NCBI GenBank assembly: GCA_905178155.1
Contig: CAJINV010000002.1
Span: forward strand, 6,428,476-6,492,475
Direction: 5' to 3'
DNA: 64,000 nucleotides
Origin: Amoebophrya sp. A120
Taxonomy: Eukaryota > Protista > Dinoflagellata
The first letter of the stretch is position 1, and every line of letters starts with the position of its first letter. Below, in pieces: positions 34,601 to 48,656 of the stretch. The notes beneath the pieces are model-generated. The model worked only from the letters and a program-made list of their open reading frames with translations. It was not told where the DNA came from and ran no database searches. Position numbers and translations under genes: made by a program.

Positions 34601-37466
34601 AGAGAACAATAAGATTGCCACGAAACTTCTGCGTGCCGGCCCGCAACAAGCCTCTGCCGCGCTGGGCCGCATGTTTCTCCGCAGGAAGTACGAGAAATTG
34701 CATCAAGACGGTAGAAATGATGGATGCTCTGTCGTACTACCGGCAGACGACGGGGCAAGTAGTCCCGATGTTCTTGTCACAGAACCAGCATCAGAAAAGC
34801 AAAATACAAAAGCCATAACCACGATCGCCTCGTCCTCGTCGAAAAAACAGCGTGTGGTCCCCGATCTGCGTTTACCGAAGCCGCGCAAAGTGTTCCTAGA
34901 GGACGTGGATCCAGAGTTCGCGGCGACGCCAGCGAGCTCGAGCCGCTCGTTGAGCAAGGTATCAAATGTAAAAATGTCTGGGTCTGGAAACTTGTGATGC
35001 TGGGTGGCGTATCATCAGGAGGCCACAAGTGCTGTCTCAGCATGACAAGTTTCTGAGCTTCTAGGTGTTGCCTATTCTGCATGACAGACTGCGTTTCTGC
35101 ATGACAGAAAAGTGGCGCTCTTGGGTAACGTGCATGACAGCTTTGAGAGTCATGCCAGACAAGCATGACAAACATACACTCTTCCAGACCCAGACACTTT
35201 TACACTTGATACATGGCGAGACTCGGCAATAAATTCAACGACTTCAAGAACTTGATCTCGGAAAAGACACTGAATGTGAGGAGCACAACTCTGGTGGTAA
35301 ACAAGGCGAAAGAAATCGCTGCGAGAATACACGTGGGAAGAAGCGGTGGAGGTGGGCAGCATCTCTTGTTGAATTCGAAAAAAAAAGACGCAGAGGAGCA
35401 GGCACGACGAGAGCACGGCGGTGGACGGAAAAAGGCATACGCCATTCTAGAACATCCTCGGATGACCGAAGTGCGCCAACAAGACTACTCCGTGCTTTCG
35501 GGGGAGGATCCTCCTGATAGGGAACCGCACGACGATTTTTGTTCTAGCACCAAACTGCAGTACCGGTACAACGGAATAAGCGCGGTTTGTTCGAGAGGAA
35601 GAGAGAACGGCCTCGAAAAACATAGTACTCATTGCCATTTTGACCGTGGTTCCAGCAGTGCAATGCCTCCCGATATGAAAAAGCAGGCCCCTCGTCAAGA
35701 AATAAACTCGCCGCGGCCTTCAGGAAAAATATTAAACACCGAGGACCCAGAAGCCGAAAAGAATTTCACTCTTTCCCAAGCCTCCCGGACGCAAGAGTTT
35801 TGGGTTTTTGTCACGACGAACGGCGTTTCCGGGGGCTGTCTCGCGTGTATTTTGATTCACCTCGATTCTATCCTCTTCCCGTTTCGCGGGGAGCTTCTTA
35901 CCTACTTTTACGCCACCATGTCGGTCAATGCTGGGTTGTCCGCGGTCTTTGTGTCCACCGCGTTAGACTACCAGAAGTTTTCCATGCTGCAGATCTGCGC
36001 GCAACACAATTTTCTGATGGTCTGCTGCTTCTTCGGCTTGGCGTTTTTGCTCAAATTGTACTTTGATCAAATCGAGGAAGACAATCTGGACTACTTGGTG
36101 GAGCAGGAGGAAAATTTGTTCCCAGAAAAAGCCCATGGCCGCGTTGAAGACAGTAATAATTTGCTGCAGCTCCGGGGGCTACTCACTATGCGATCACGTG
36201 AAGAGGACATAACAAGATCTACCATCCGAGGGCGGGCGCTGTTTGCCGAGGCCAGTAGTTCGACAGCAAGTAATATTAAAAAGGATTTCGGTTATAATTT
36301 GAACGCGAGAACGATCGACCTCGAGGAACAGCACCACCACATTCCCACCGACGTCATTCTCGCGCACGCAGCCAGGACCTCCAAAGTCGGTTCTTTATCG
36401 CCGGGTGCCAGCAGCTCAATCGGCCGCGACGCCGGGGGAGGGGAAGAAGTGTTCAGTAATATGTCGCGGCCCGAGAACGCCAACAACAAGCCTGCGGACG
36501 CCCCCGCATCGGAATCTACTTCGACGACCTTTTTACTGAACAGTTTTCTCCTTTTTATCGGCATGATTACTGGCTGGACGGCGGGCTACACCATGGTGAT
36601 CCAGGCGTTCGCGTACGCAAACCAGTTCGGCTATGGAAGCGTCAGGACCGAAATCAACAAAATCGAAATAACTTGTGATGCATAAAATCGATACCAGTTG
36701 GAGCATCAGTTTTCAAGTGGCGCATAACAAATTTCGGCAGGACGACCAAAATCCAGTCCGTCATGCTGTTTGGGCAAAGAACACTGCTCCTGTCATGCTA
36801 CTCGGGCAGCACATCGCCTTCCCCCAAACAGGCCTGCAATCGGTCTGCGTTGCCTCCTCCCCAACACAGGCCATACGTGCCCTACATTTTATGCATCACC
36901 AACTATTTCGATTTTATTGATTTCGATCCTGACACTCCCATACCGGCCGCAAGCATTTGGGGAACATCAGTTCCGTGGCGAAGTCCATCATGGTTGTATC
37001 AAAAGGAAAAATCCCCCCTCCCCATATCGAAATGGAAATCTGTGATGCGGGACTTGTGTACACAAATCGGCTTTGTCTTGCAGTAAAAGACTGCAGGCAG
37101 ATACAAAGCCGGAATAGGGGCGTTTTGGTGTAGGCGCCTAGCAAGGCAGGCATATTCTCCGGAGGCCATAAAGCATTACAAAATGCCTGCAGAGCGCGGC
37201 GGGGTTTTTGGATTTGCCTTCTTGCAATACAGAGACGATTTGTGGTCTCAAATCAGCATCGCAAACTTTCGGAAGTATCCCGTTTTGGTATGGGGAGGGA
37301 AGATCTTTCCTCGCAATAGGTTGTGCACTCCGCGATCTTTCCGACGCTGCTGTCCGTTTTGCATTCGTATTTCGAGAAGAACTATATCTACGCTCTGTCG
37401 TTTCTGAACTTGTACCCAATTTTTGCTTTCGCTTTCGCCTTGTATTGTGCCATGATGAAGGAATAA
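31605..37466 (+). CDS. MFS transporter with very large hydrophilic loop insertions (~1440 aa)
   Basis: Exons 31605-31830,32160-33032,33346-34959,35217-36631,36948-36996,37324-37466. STPGQAG..DLDVSRTSVSMLY..LGYCIDSFGPR, LRLFGQG..NQWFIRKRAR and FGRKHLGNI motifs plus TM segments. Confidence 0.85.
31830..32155. mobile_element. Degenerate introner (non-canonical intron)
   Basis: Residual TIR ATTCCATGTGGGA / TCCCACCCGGAAT..CCATA; removal gives the MFS motif LGYCIDSFGPR; no AG acceptor in frame. Confidence 0.6.
33033..33340. mobile_element. Introner family C
   Basis: TSD CCGAT/CCGAT; KDR-FGQ. Confidence 0.92.
34960..35211. mobile_element. Introner family A
   Basis: TSD CAAGG/CATGG; near-identical to 45886-46137. 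Confidence 0.92.
36632..36942. mobile_element. Introner family C
   Basis: TSD TCGGC/CCGGC; FG-RKHLG. Confidence 0.92.
36997..37318. mobile_element. Introner family F
   Basis: TSD GGTTG/GGTTG; GT-AG reading 36993-37319 possible. Confidence 0.9.
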
Positions 37467-38390
37467 CTGAAGAACGGAACTACAACTGCTTTGGTTGCGC
37501 ATGTTATCAACACCAGCGCGAAGAAAATCAAAATGAATGGGATGTTGATTTATCTAAAAATCGTTCCTGTAAGGTGCTGTGTCTTGTAACTGCTACTGCA
37601 TGGTTGTTCTTTTTCTAGATGCACGGTCCGTTGTTGCGCAGAAAAGATATCACTGGTGGTGCAATGTGTCGCAGCACGATAGTTGTATGGAAACGAATTT
37701 CATGGTAGCTCAAGATCTCTCGTCGCCCACGGTCGTCGTTGAAAACACGTTCTCTGGTGATTAGTGCCACCTCTGTTCTATTGCCAGAGCTAGTACAGAT
37801 ACAGTGGGAGGTTCGTCCCGATAAAGAAGCGCTCTTTTCCTGGCGGAAACAACTTTGTTGCTTGAGCTTGAAGTCGTAAGGCGGCACAATTTCAGAAGAG
37901 TTTTGTCGCCGGGGGGCGAGGTTGTGGAGATGAATTGAAATTATCTGTGCACATTGTTGTTTTCGTGGATTGTACGTGTTTTCGTCTTGTTGTGCCTTTG
38001 GGTTGTTAGATGAACGTAAGGCTAGGGATAAAAAATCATGCGCACAAAAATCATCCTGTTTTAGACGTATTGAAATGTTCTGTGATGTGTTGGGTCGTGT
38101 TGAAATAGACTGTTGGCCCTGTGCTTAAGGCTAGTAGCAAATAGAAGTCGAACAAAGTAATAGTAAAAATCAATCTTCATGCAGCTCACATTTTTTTAGA
38201 AACAGGTTTTGAAAAGTTGTTGTGTATGCTTTTTTGGCCTTGATATCTATTAGTTCTCATTTGTATGACGGGTTTAGGGTTTGATAGCAGGGACGAACAA
38301 CATCAAGATGGTCAACGAACCAGCGAAAGCATTCGATTCTCATAAGTAAATGCCTTCGAAGAACAGAAGAGCTGAAAGAAGAGTAGTGCC

Positions 38391-41300
38391 ATGATGGCTT
38401 CCGAAGCAGTTTCCTCCTCCGTGCGCGTGAAGCACGAACACGCGCACGAACGCATACCCGTGCCTTCGCAGTACGTCGATAGCTTCGACGAGCATGAGCC
38501 CCGGCCGACGTCGTACAACAAGCGCGTCACAGCGCCCTCTTATTCCCAGGCGGAGAAGGTTCTGCATATGCATGACGACTTCCAGATCTTCCACCCCGCA
38601 CCCTGGCAAATCGTGGAGGCCCCGGAGGGCGCACGCGCAGAAGAGAACAAGGAGGACGATATCCGCGCTTACATGAGGACGGGCATGACGCGCGAGCAGG
38701 CGGAACGGCAATGGCATGAGGTCAATGACGAAACACCTGGGCGGCGGCGGAACAAGAGAAGGGGGCGCGTTAACCTGCACGCAAGGCGGAATGGGAGTAA
38801 CGAAGGAGCGGAACAAACTAGACAGCAACTCGAACAAGAACGTCCACCCGCCTCCACGTCGTCCAGCTTTATGTCGCAGGACTCCAATGTGTATCCGCCA
38901 TCGGGAAACGAAATCATGGTAGAGAATCTGTTCGAGGAGCTGTTTGAGCGAGAGGAAGCAGAAGAAGCGGAATTGAAACGACTGCGACAAGAGCGGGATG
39001 AGGAGAAAGAGCGGACGGAGAAAAATTCGATGTCTATTTCGGTGGCTGCGAACAACGACGAAAATAAAATCATGATCGCGGTGGAAAACAACGTCGCTGG
39101 TGCAAGTTCAGCTTCAGGCTCAGCCGCAGCTTCGGCGTCGGGCTCCGTAAATTATGGAGTCGCGGCCGCGAACCACAGCACTACAAGGAACTGCAATAAG
39201 ACTGTTCTTGAAGAGAGCACAACCATCCGGTCGGCCGACGGAGACGTCGACCCCACGGAAAGTCAGAGCAATATCATTAACAAGGATGGTGTGATTGGTA
39301 TGGAAAATAAACAGGAGATCATGGTGGAGAATACGACAAATCCCGTATCGTCCAAGAAGCCTCCGGTCAAAAACAAGTTCACCGTAAAAAAGACCGGCAC
39401 CGAGCAGCTTGAGCGACTGCTCTTCGGGGATGATGATGAAGATGACGGAACTTCTCCGGCAGGAATGATGAATGCTGAAGACCAGAGGTGTAATTCTGTT
39501 TCTGCATCGTCGCACGAGCAGAATCTAATACTTCATTCTGCTCGTGCTCCCGCCAATGGAGATGCTCTTGTTCCTGCTGCTCCGCTAATTCCCGTATCGA
39601 CGAACAATAATTTTAGGACGTACAATCAAGGCAAAGACGACGACGACGACGATGAGTTGTTTGATCAAATCGACAAGTTGAAACGACAAGAGGTGGCGGA
39701 GTCCAAGCAGAACAAAAATCTTCCAGGCGGGCAACACGGTGCCTTCCTCGGAGGCACCGCGTCTTGTTTCACCACTTCGTTTCCACCCGGTGCTCGGGGG
39801 CAAACGGCCCAACCTTTTCAGTTCAACCAGCCACTGCCAGGACAGAACATGGCTCCGCAACGGAGTCGGAACGTTCTCACCGACGAAGAGGCGAGACAGA
39901 AGCAAGCAGAGCTCGTCGCAGAAGCAAGCAGAGGAAAACAGCCACAAGTTGAAGTTCATCCAATTGCAGGAGCCACGACGGGCGATATTACTAGTTGTGG
40001 CAATAGGACGGGTGCTGACCCAAAGCAGATTTTGATCTCTTCGTCGCCTTCGCCTTGCAGACACGACCCCGTTGCACTACAGGACGCCCTGCGACCGCAG
40101 GGTGTTGTAGGGGCACAAGCACAACAGGAGCAGCAAAGCAGCCATGATGTATTCATGCAACCACAACCAGGGTCAGGGTGTGCAGCTGCGCCAGCAGTAG
40201 TTATGTCTGAAAATAACAACCTCATCCAGCATGATGTTGACCTCCAGAAGAGACTGTCCGAAAGTCAGAATGCTAACCCCTATGCCGGAGTTCTTACAGT
40301 GGCTGCAGTTCCGGCAGACACTGCTGCGTCGCAACCCCTCCCGGGGGATATCGCTAGAAGTTCCGTTGCCGGGAGTAGAGTGAGTGCGACCAACAACAAT
40401 CCCTACAGCAATGGGAATTTCAACAACACTCATTCCGGGAACGTGAATCAAACAACGCGCTTACCAGACCAACCGGCATGCTTCAACCCGAGTCGGTCGC
40501 AGGGCGGTGCGAGCAACGACAGCAATGATTTCATGGGTAAGGTTGGGGGAATTGTCACGGGGCTGGCAGGTGCAGTTCCTGTGCCTGTTGGTTCGGGAAT
40601 GAACAAGGGAACCAATGACATGGCGTTGAACACGACGACAATGACAGGTGCTGCACAGTTCGGAGGGGGGAATACAGCTGCACATGTTGGGATGAGGATG
40701 TTTGCCTCTGCTTCTGCTGCAGCAGGGCCGGGGCACCACAACTTTCCGCATACCATGCAGGGCCCCCCGGCTTTCAATACGCCTAGTAACGGAATGATGC
40801 TGCCGCAGCAGAACCAACAGCAACAAAACCAACAGCAGCAGCAGCAGGCAGTGCTATTTGGTAGTGGTTTTCTGAACAATAGCTCGGGAATTGCGCCGCA
40901 CCAGCACAATCCGGGCAGTTTTGGAGGTTTTCAGCAAAGCGGTAGTTTCAGTTTCCCGACTAATCAGTTTCAGTTTGCGCACGCACAGGGACAGCAGCAG
41001 CAGCGGCAGCAGCAGCAATATCAGGCCGCGCCGCAGCTCGGGCAACAACATCAGGTCGATGTACAAGGTCATCATCAACAAATGCACGGCCAGCTGCAAC
41101 AAATGCACGGCCAGGGTGGGCACCAAATGCAGGGTCAACAACTACACCAGGGGGCGCAAGCTGCGCATTTCCCGCAGCTGCCGCAACAGCAACAGCAGGA
41201 ACATGTGAATACGGGGGGACAGTTCGGCGCAGCAGCCCAGCACCAGCCGCAGCTCGGACAAGCACAGCAGGCGTTCGCAGCGCAACAGCCGGGCTCTTCG

Positions 41301-43117
41301 CAGCCGCCAAACCCGCTACCACCCGTGAGTCAGTTTGTGAGTTGTACTAGTGGCAACCAGCAGTTTGCGTTTGGATCCACATTCGGAACTGGGGCTCCAC
41401 GTGCGCCCGCAAACCAAGGAGGTTTTTTTGGCGCCGCGGGAACGACCGGCTTCGGGGGATCGGGAACAACTTCGAATTTTTGCGTGCGTCCGGGGCCTTA
41501 CGGAGCAGGCGGGGCAGCAGCACCAGCAGGTTTTCGTGCGCCGGGAATGACAACAGGAGTAGCTGCCCCCGCAGGTGGTGGATCCAAGTCAGTGGTGTCT
41601 TTCGCGCAAAGCTATCCACAGTAAATTTCCTGTACACGTACAAATGCAGTCTCTGCATGACAAAACTTGCCTTCAGTCCTAGTGTAGCATGACAAGTTGG
41701 ACACTGCAAGTTAGCGAAATTTGTCATGCATTTATGTACATGTGCAGGAAATTTACATTGCATAAAAGCAGCATGGCCGGGTCCACGTCGTCCGCGTTCC
41801 CAAGCATAGCGGAGGTCGCCCAGCAACTGCAGCTCCAGCCGTATTCCCTAGCTGACGCGCGAGTACCCAGAGACACTATGGCGGTCCAGCTCGTCTGCGC
41901 CGGCGACTACTTGGCCGCACGACGCGCCATTGAGTATCAAAAGTAAAATAAATCCCCCCTTCTCCCGCCGCCCATATGAAAATCGAAATCTGCGATGCGG
42001 GATTTGTGTACACAAACCGAATCTGTCTTGCGGTAGAGCACTGCGCGCTGATCTTAACGAAGCCTGGGTAAGGGTCTTGTGGTGTAGGCGCTTAGAAGCA
42101 TGACAGACGTCTGCACTGTAGGCCTTACAGCGTTACGAATCGCCTGCATCACTCGGCGGGCTCTCTGGGTTTGCATTCTTGTAAAACAGACGAGATTTGT
42201 GTTGACAGATCTGCGGCGCGAATTTTCAAAAGGCTGCGCTTTCGATCTGGCGAGGGGGGATTTTTCCTCACAATATCGAGCACATCCTGCGGTGGCCGGT
42301 GGTGAGCTGTGTTTGCCTCGCTGCGGATGACGCGGAAGAGGCCGCGATCCGGGCGCAGATACAGAACGCAGACCGGGAAAGGGCTAGTGCGACTGGTGGA
42401 AGCGCCACCAGCCAAGCTCTGAACGACTTCTGGACCAAGACCACGCACATCGAACGAATCGACTTCCGGCAGCTGCTGACGACGCAACAATCCGGGGAAC
42501 AACAAGAGGGCACTAGTAGTACACCTACGTCGAGTAGTTGTGCGCAGATTTTTGAGCAGATTCGGAAAATCACCGAGGAGGACTCTGTTTTGTCCCAGCA
42601 CGCGACCTGTTTCCTGGACTGCATGCCGCCACAGAATGTTTACCACGTGGCGCGATTGCTAGTTGTCAGCGACCCGATCAGCGCGACGAGCCAGCACGAG
42701 ACCACGAAGCTCCCCTTCGTACTGCAAGGGATGGAGCGGGACAGGGCGGTCGCGCCGAGTCGACGGCTCGCGATCCAGCGCAATTTGCTGCAAATCGTGG
42801 ACCAATTGCACCTGCAACAGTTTGTGTCCTGCTCCGGTCAGCGGCTGCACTTTCTACCTGGCAGCAACCTCGGCGTTTTGTTTTCTTCCAGTCTCGGAAA
42901 CCTCCTGGCGGCCAAGGCCAACTCCCGTGCCTGCCGCGGGGGCCGGGGGTACTTCACAAATTTCGGAAAAACCGGCGCCGGTCCGATTCCGCTGCCGGAA
43001 CCGGGAATGACGCAGAACCTCGGCGACAGTGGCTTTTTGCCAAGCGGAATGTCGCCGGGAGAAGATGTGCCGCCTTTGGAGCACTTGGCAGCTGTGCTGC
43101 AGATGTTGCTGCAGTAA
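38391..43117 (+). CDS. Hypothetical ~1407-aa protein, Q/N/G-rich low-complexity region plus globular-looking C-terminus
   Basis: Exons 38391-41612,41770-41934,42281-43117 join in frame after removing two TIR elements. Confidence 0.8.
41613..41764. mobile_element. Introner family I (TIR TAT.CA..GTAAATTTCCTG.ACA.GTACA)
   Basis: TSD AAAGC/AAAGC; 152 bp, largely self-complementary. Confidence 0.92.
41935..42275. mobile_element. Introner family F
   Basis: TSD TTGAG/TCGAG; AIE-HIL. Confidence 0.88.
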
Positions 43118-44660
43118 TGTTGATGTAAAGAGATGGAACTGGAGGTGCAGGTTCTTCCTGTGTTGACAAGACTGTTTCTGGTGCATGTGTGAAAGCAGGA
43201 CGACCGCCGGGGAGAACTTGAACTTCTACTCGCGATGGATTTGTTGTTTTGCGACCTCCATCTATGGATTTGTTGTTTTGCTGATGCCGCTTTAACATAG
43301 TCGCGGTTCTTGCAGGTCAGCGGAACTACGGCGCATACACGAAGCAACACGACAATCACGGCTTTTTTGAAAGAGAATACTATGATAACAACATAGAGAA
43401 GCCGAGGATCTCCTTCCTGAAGATGTGCGGAGCGGTAGGCGCTTGCATGTCGCAGATGATGGTCGCTCCTTCCTTGAACTTATTTCCTCATTTACATACC
43501 AGTACTGCTACTGTTGATTTTTGAGCTTTGTGAGTCATGTTGCAAGATTTTTGGGGATAAAAATTGAAAAAGAGGAAAACTGTATGTACAAATGTCGCCA
43601 GAGGAGGTTGCGGCCTGACAATTTTTTGTTCTTCGCGCGTACGAAGGAAAGTAAGTATTTAGCAGTCTTCCGAGCTGTTGGCGTTTTCATACTAACCATG
43701 AGAGATAGCTGAGGGCGCGAAAGAGTAGAATCCCAAGACGAAGAGCATTTGGCGAGTAACGACAGTGGTGTTGGCGTCCTCTTCCTCGCTGCTTAAGCCA
43801 AGAAGTACGGCATATCTACAGTATGATCGGAGATGAAAAGTACGAGAGTCTTAAATGTTTTCAATGCGTGTTGTGTGAATCTGAATCCAAAGCTGTCGTC
43901 GTTGCTAGTACTTGGAAAATCCCATCGCTGTGAGAGATTGTTGCGTTCCGAAAATAAAGTAGCTGCTCTACGCCTCCCCTCGCATTATCAATCTCACGAC
44001 CCTCGTCTCGTAGAATTTTGAGTTTGTCAAGGGCGTCTCGTAGAACTTGAGTTTATCAAGCGATTCGTTGCTTCACTCCACAACCCCCGTATTCTATTCT
44101 TTCACATCGTGGGTATGAAAACATCATTTGCATCAAGGACTTGACAATGTAGTGCCACTCGTTTTATTACTCTCGCGTTTCCAGAAGATGGAACTGCTCC
44201 TAGAAGATTATACCAAGCGCACCTACAGTAGTCAGTGTAGTGAAATTGAAAGACAAAGCGTCGTTTGGAAACGAGGTTTGAGGTTTCCGTCGCTCATGGT
44301 ACAGGGACTGCCTCTGTCTTATCCTCAATCTTCTGAATAAATAGAAATGGCACAATTTGAAAATAAACGTATGAATCATAGATCTTTTTTTCGACGATTC
44401 GGGACGGGGAGCAAGAAAACTGCAGCAGAATCGCGAATGCGATCAGCGGTTTTCTTCGGATATCCACAGGGAGTGAGAAGAAATAAAAAAATCCAGAGAG
44501 GGTAAGGAAGTGTAAGTAGTTGACAACGTAATTGTACTGATTCCATCACGTAAATAAAACTGGGTTTATCGCTCATTGTGCTGGCCCGTTACCGTACTTT
44601 TGTAACCATATTTTCCTCTACATTTGCTGGCGCTTTTCACGACCTGCGGTAGAAACTACA

Positions 44661-46203
44661 ATGTTTAGCGGTGGCGTGCATCATTCCCCGGTGCGGCCGC
44701 GCGCCAAGACGCAGTGGGGGCGCGACTGGACCAAGGTCGGGTACCAGCAGAATCTGGGCACGAATCTTTCAAGCGTGCAGAAGTCGGCCGTCCCCACGAA
44801 GCAGCACCATCATCATGCTACCACGGCGATGAAACAAGCCACGAAGAAAACGGGTGGCGCGAGTGCTGCGGCTGCGGTGCCAGCTCCGCCGAGGGTGATC
44901 GGTGCGACGCTCCCGATGCTGGTTAACAATAACCATGGCATGCCGAAGCTGAAGCCGTATCAAACCATCGTGGTGCAGCCGCTGACGGGGAAAAAGATCG
45001 TCCTAGACTCCCGGACCATGCAGCCGATCGCGGTACTGAAGATGTTTTGTTGTCGTGGTCACATCCGCGATGCTACATTTCTTGAACCAAAAGGCTGCTA
45101 GACATGCTTTTGCTTTTATAGTAGGTGCCATTTTTGGTTCTCGACATCTGTACTGAGATACTTATTTAACACGACAGGATTCCGTGCGACTATCAGTAGA
45201 CTATGATGATGTTTCAAGTTGAACACGTCTTCAAGACTTGTTTTATGCAGGTTTCACTTTATTGCACGACCACGATTGCATTGTCGACAAAGAATCGAAA
45301 AATCGCAGGACCTAACCACCTATGAAATGCAAAAGCATCGTACTAGTATAAATCGCATGACAAATCACCTCAGCATGAGAAATAGAATTTGTAATGCGGA
45401 TTCAACTTGAGAAAGAAATTTGTAATGCATGAATGCGATCAGTACGACTACGATACTTTTGCACAGGATACCACCACCGAAAGCGGGAAAGTGAAGATGG
45501 TGCCGATTCGTGCTGACCACGTCGTGGACAAGGAGAACCAGAAGCCTATCCTGAGTAAAAACGTACCCACACCAGAGTTGTAATGCAAATCTGCATGCTG
45601 AAAATGTTTCTCATGCGGAGCCTCATGAGAAGCATTTTCTAGTCGTGTTTTGCAATTTGTCATGCTCCAATCAGCATGGTATGCTAGGTCTGTGATGCTG
45701 CTGAGCTAGCTCAAACAGCACTACACTACGAATCCAAATTTGTCATGCAAAACAGCCAAAACTTGTGGATTTGTCGAGCCGATTTCCCATCTTGACTATG
45801 GTGTGGGTACGTTTTTACTCAGGATAAAGCCGAGCCAGCAGCAGGCAGTGGTGAGCAAGATGAACAATGGCACCACCCGCAACCCTATCAAATGTAAAAA
45901 TGTCTGGGTCTGGAAACTTGTGATGCTGGGTGGCGTATCATGAGGAGGCCACAAGTGCTCGCTCAGCATGACAAGTTTCTGAGCTTCTAGGTGTTGCTTA
46001 TTCTACATGACAAACTGCGTTTCTGCATGACAGAAAAATGGCGCTCTTGGGTAACGTGCATGACAGATTTGAGAGTCATGCCAGACAAGCATGACAAACA
46101 TGCAATCTTCCAGACCCAGACATTTTTACATTCGATAAACCCGCACACGCACCTGTCTCCGGCGACCACGGCGCACCTGTCTCCGGGTGACCACTCTCCC
46201 TGA
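44661..46203 (+). CDS. Hypothetical ~189-aa protein
   Basis: Exons 44661-45032,45309-45320,45476-45546,45832-45885,46143-46203 (one GT-AG intron, three TIR elements) join in frame to TGA. Confidence 0.7.
45321..45470. mobile_element. Introner family H (TIR TAT...TGCAAAAG.ATCGTA)
   Basis: TSD CCACC/CCACC; 150 bp. Confidence 0.9.
45547..45826. mobile_element. Introner family B
   Basis: TSD AAGCC/AAGCC; perfect ~27-bp TIR. Confidence 0.94.
45886..46137. mobile_element. Introner family A
   Basis: TSD AACCC/AACCC. Confidence 0.93.
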
Positions 46204-46209
46204 GGGACC

Positions 46210-46473
46210 TATCAAATGCAAACATGTCTGGGTCTGGAAGAATGCAAATTTTTGGCATGGTGTTTTTGCATGACACAGAGGGTCGGTCATGGAAGCCCTC
46301 GCATCACAGATTTCGAGAACGTTCCGTGATGCTTCATCCGCATGACAAATGCACCTGTTTCGTGACAGAAAATGGGAGCCTTTTGCGGCATATGCATGAG
46401 AGAGTTGTGCGTGTTGTGGAATTTGCACAACAAATTCGGATCCTTCCAGACCCAGACATTTTTGCATTTGATA
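46210..46473. mobile_element. Introner family A in putative 3' UTR
   Basis: TSD GGACC/GGACC; starts 6 nt after the inferred stop codon. Confidence 0.9.
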
Positions 46474-48656
46474 GGACCAGTAAGGATACAATTTGGGTAC
46501 ACTACTTTAAGCCACAGTTTGATTTTATTGTCGTTTGAACGAGGAAGATTTTTGTCCGTCGCAAAAAAAAAAGAAAGCAAAAAAAACTAAAAACTGAAAA
46601 AAAAAATTATTTGACACTCAGTTGAAAGTGCAACAGACAGAACTATTTCATGAAAGCAGTGGATCCTAAATTTTCATTTTTAATATCGCACTACGGGAAC
46701 TTGAACTTCTACACAGTTAACGCAAAAAAAAATTATCTTTTACTAGTACTGAGAAATGACGACGAACAGCACTCCTCGTCGCAAAATTTTCCTTGAGGTC
46801 GCTTTCATTGTGAAGCAGTACAGCTTGGTACAGATTCTATTTTCCAAAGAAATGTAGCAGTTTCATTTGTTATTTCCGCTGTATAACAGAACATCATGAA
46901 AATAAATTGCAGCAGTTTATTTCGTACGTTTCCGTAACAGCCCGAAAACAGTACTGAAAATTACTCTCGCAGTTTTTATGTATATTCAATACAGGAGTTG
47001 TTGTCGCTGTCGCTGACGACATTGATAGGAAAAATAAAACTGTAGCGGCTGCATTTCGGGAAAATAGTGAATGCGTATCAGCATGACCCACGACGCGATT
47101 TCCTTTTTAGAAATACTCAACAAGACTCGACGATCCATCGGATAGCACCATCTCTTTTACTGCAAGACCGCGTTTACTATTGTGTCATAAAATTTATAGA
47201 CCAAAGTTTGACCACGAACTTACTTGTTTCCCAAACCTCAAATTTGATTTCCAAGGAGGAAAGTCTCACTTATTTGCAATGCGATTTTAATACTTTCAGG
47301 GTCATACTGTTACAGTTGAAGTTCTTCTGCATTGTCTGTGGGGATAGAACTCGGCTTTGTATGTGTATGATTCATTTCAACATCAACTACTTACTTTTTC
47401 TTTGGTCAATTTATTTCTTTGTCTTCTCGCTTTTTTCGATGTTGTGGTCTTTTCAGCTGCCAACTGCGCTCCAGACTACTTACGAACTTGCTCAAGCGCG
47501 AAGGAGGCTGCTATGAGTTGTGCTTGATTGGAGTGCGTTACATCCTGCTGGAAAGGCTGCATGGTACAGCAACAAGAGAGCTTTGCACCGAAGTCCTTAT
47601 CCAACTTTGTTGGCATGAACTCACACGGGCGGGGAATAAGAACTGAATAAGGAAAGAGTACTGCTGGAGTTGATTTCTTCTCAAGACCTTGCGTAGCATA
47701 GCTCGCCCAAGATTCTATGATTGTATCTAGACGAAAAGCTGAGCTACGACGTAGAACAAATTCGTTCGTAAGTAGGAGTTTCTTTCTTCTGGATTGAGGT
47801 AGTTTATTCAGGCCGTTTTTCGATGATCAGCAACTTCGATAAGTAGAGAAGGACCCGAATCGCAAGAAAGTATGTGTAATTGGACAGATGAGCATGATGG
47901 ATTTTGTATATTATTTCACGCGCACATGTTGTTAGAATGATCAGTATCCGCACGATGGTAAATGTTGGAGCTGGTCGTTGTGCCCTGTGCGTTGATATTA
48001 ATATATGTAAATTTATCATTTGCAACATGTCACTCGTCTTGTGTGTAAAATCCGATTGCTCTCTAGCATGCTGGTTCGCAAAATATCAGAAAGAAACCCG
48101 GAAAAGACCATTGGAAGGAATTCTTTTTCAGCCGATGAAGGTATGTGCAAGAAGAGAGCCCCATCCAGGAAAATTGCAATACGAAGAATTATACTGCTTT
48201 TGAGAATGAAGCAAGTGGTATCTGCTTCTAGGATGCTAGGCCCGGGTTCACAAAGCACTTTCTTTCTTTTCCTGGTTCACGGAGGCAACGAAAAAAATGA
48301 GTTCGCTTCTACGTACCTTTTTTTTCGAAAAAAATATTACGTAGCGGCCACCATGCAAAAGACTCACAAAAACAAATTGAAGATCGGTGAGTATGAAACT
48401 GAGATTGATGTTTAATGGAAAGTTGCTTACGAGCGAGGTGGGGATCTTCCTCTTCGTCTTTATCACGCCAGGTTCTTCCACTTGAGAGGTGCACAAGCAC
48501 GACGAAGTGCTGGCGCACGGAATGTTGTACCATGGTGATGTACTTCGGAACTACCCTAAAGTCAAACCGCTAGACCAAACACTCGACCGACACTGCGAAA
48601 ATTTTGAACGCTGCATCGGACGACTCGGCACCAATTCCTCCTAGAAAAACACCAAA

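Noticed and set aside
43235-44062. Two short two-copy duplications (~43235-43281 and 44004-44062)
   Set aside because: Real, but ordinary slippage-type duplications with no further structure.
46500-48600. Short ORFs in AT-rich intergenic DNA
   Set aside because: Non-coding composition, no motifs and no consistent splice path.
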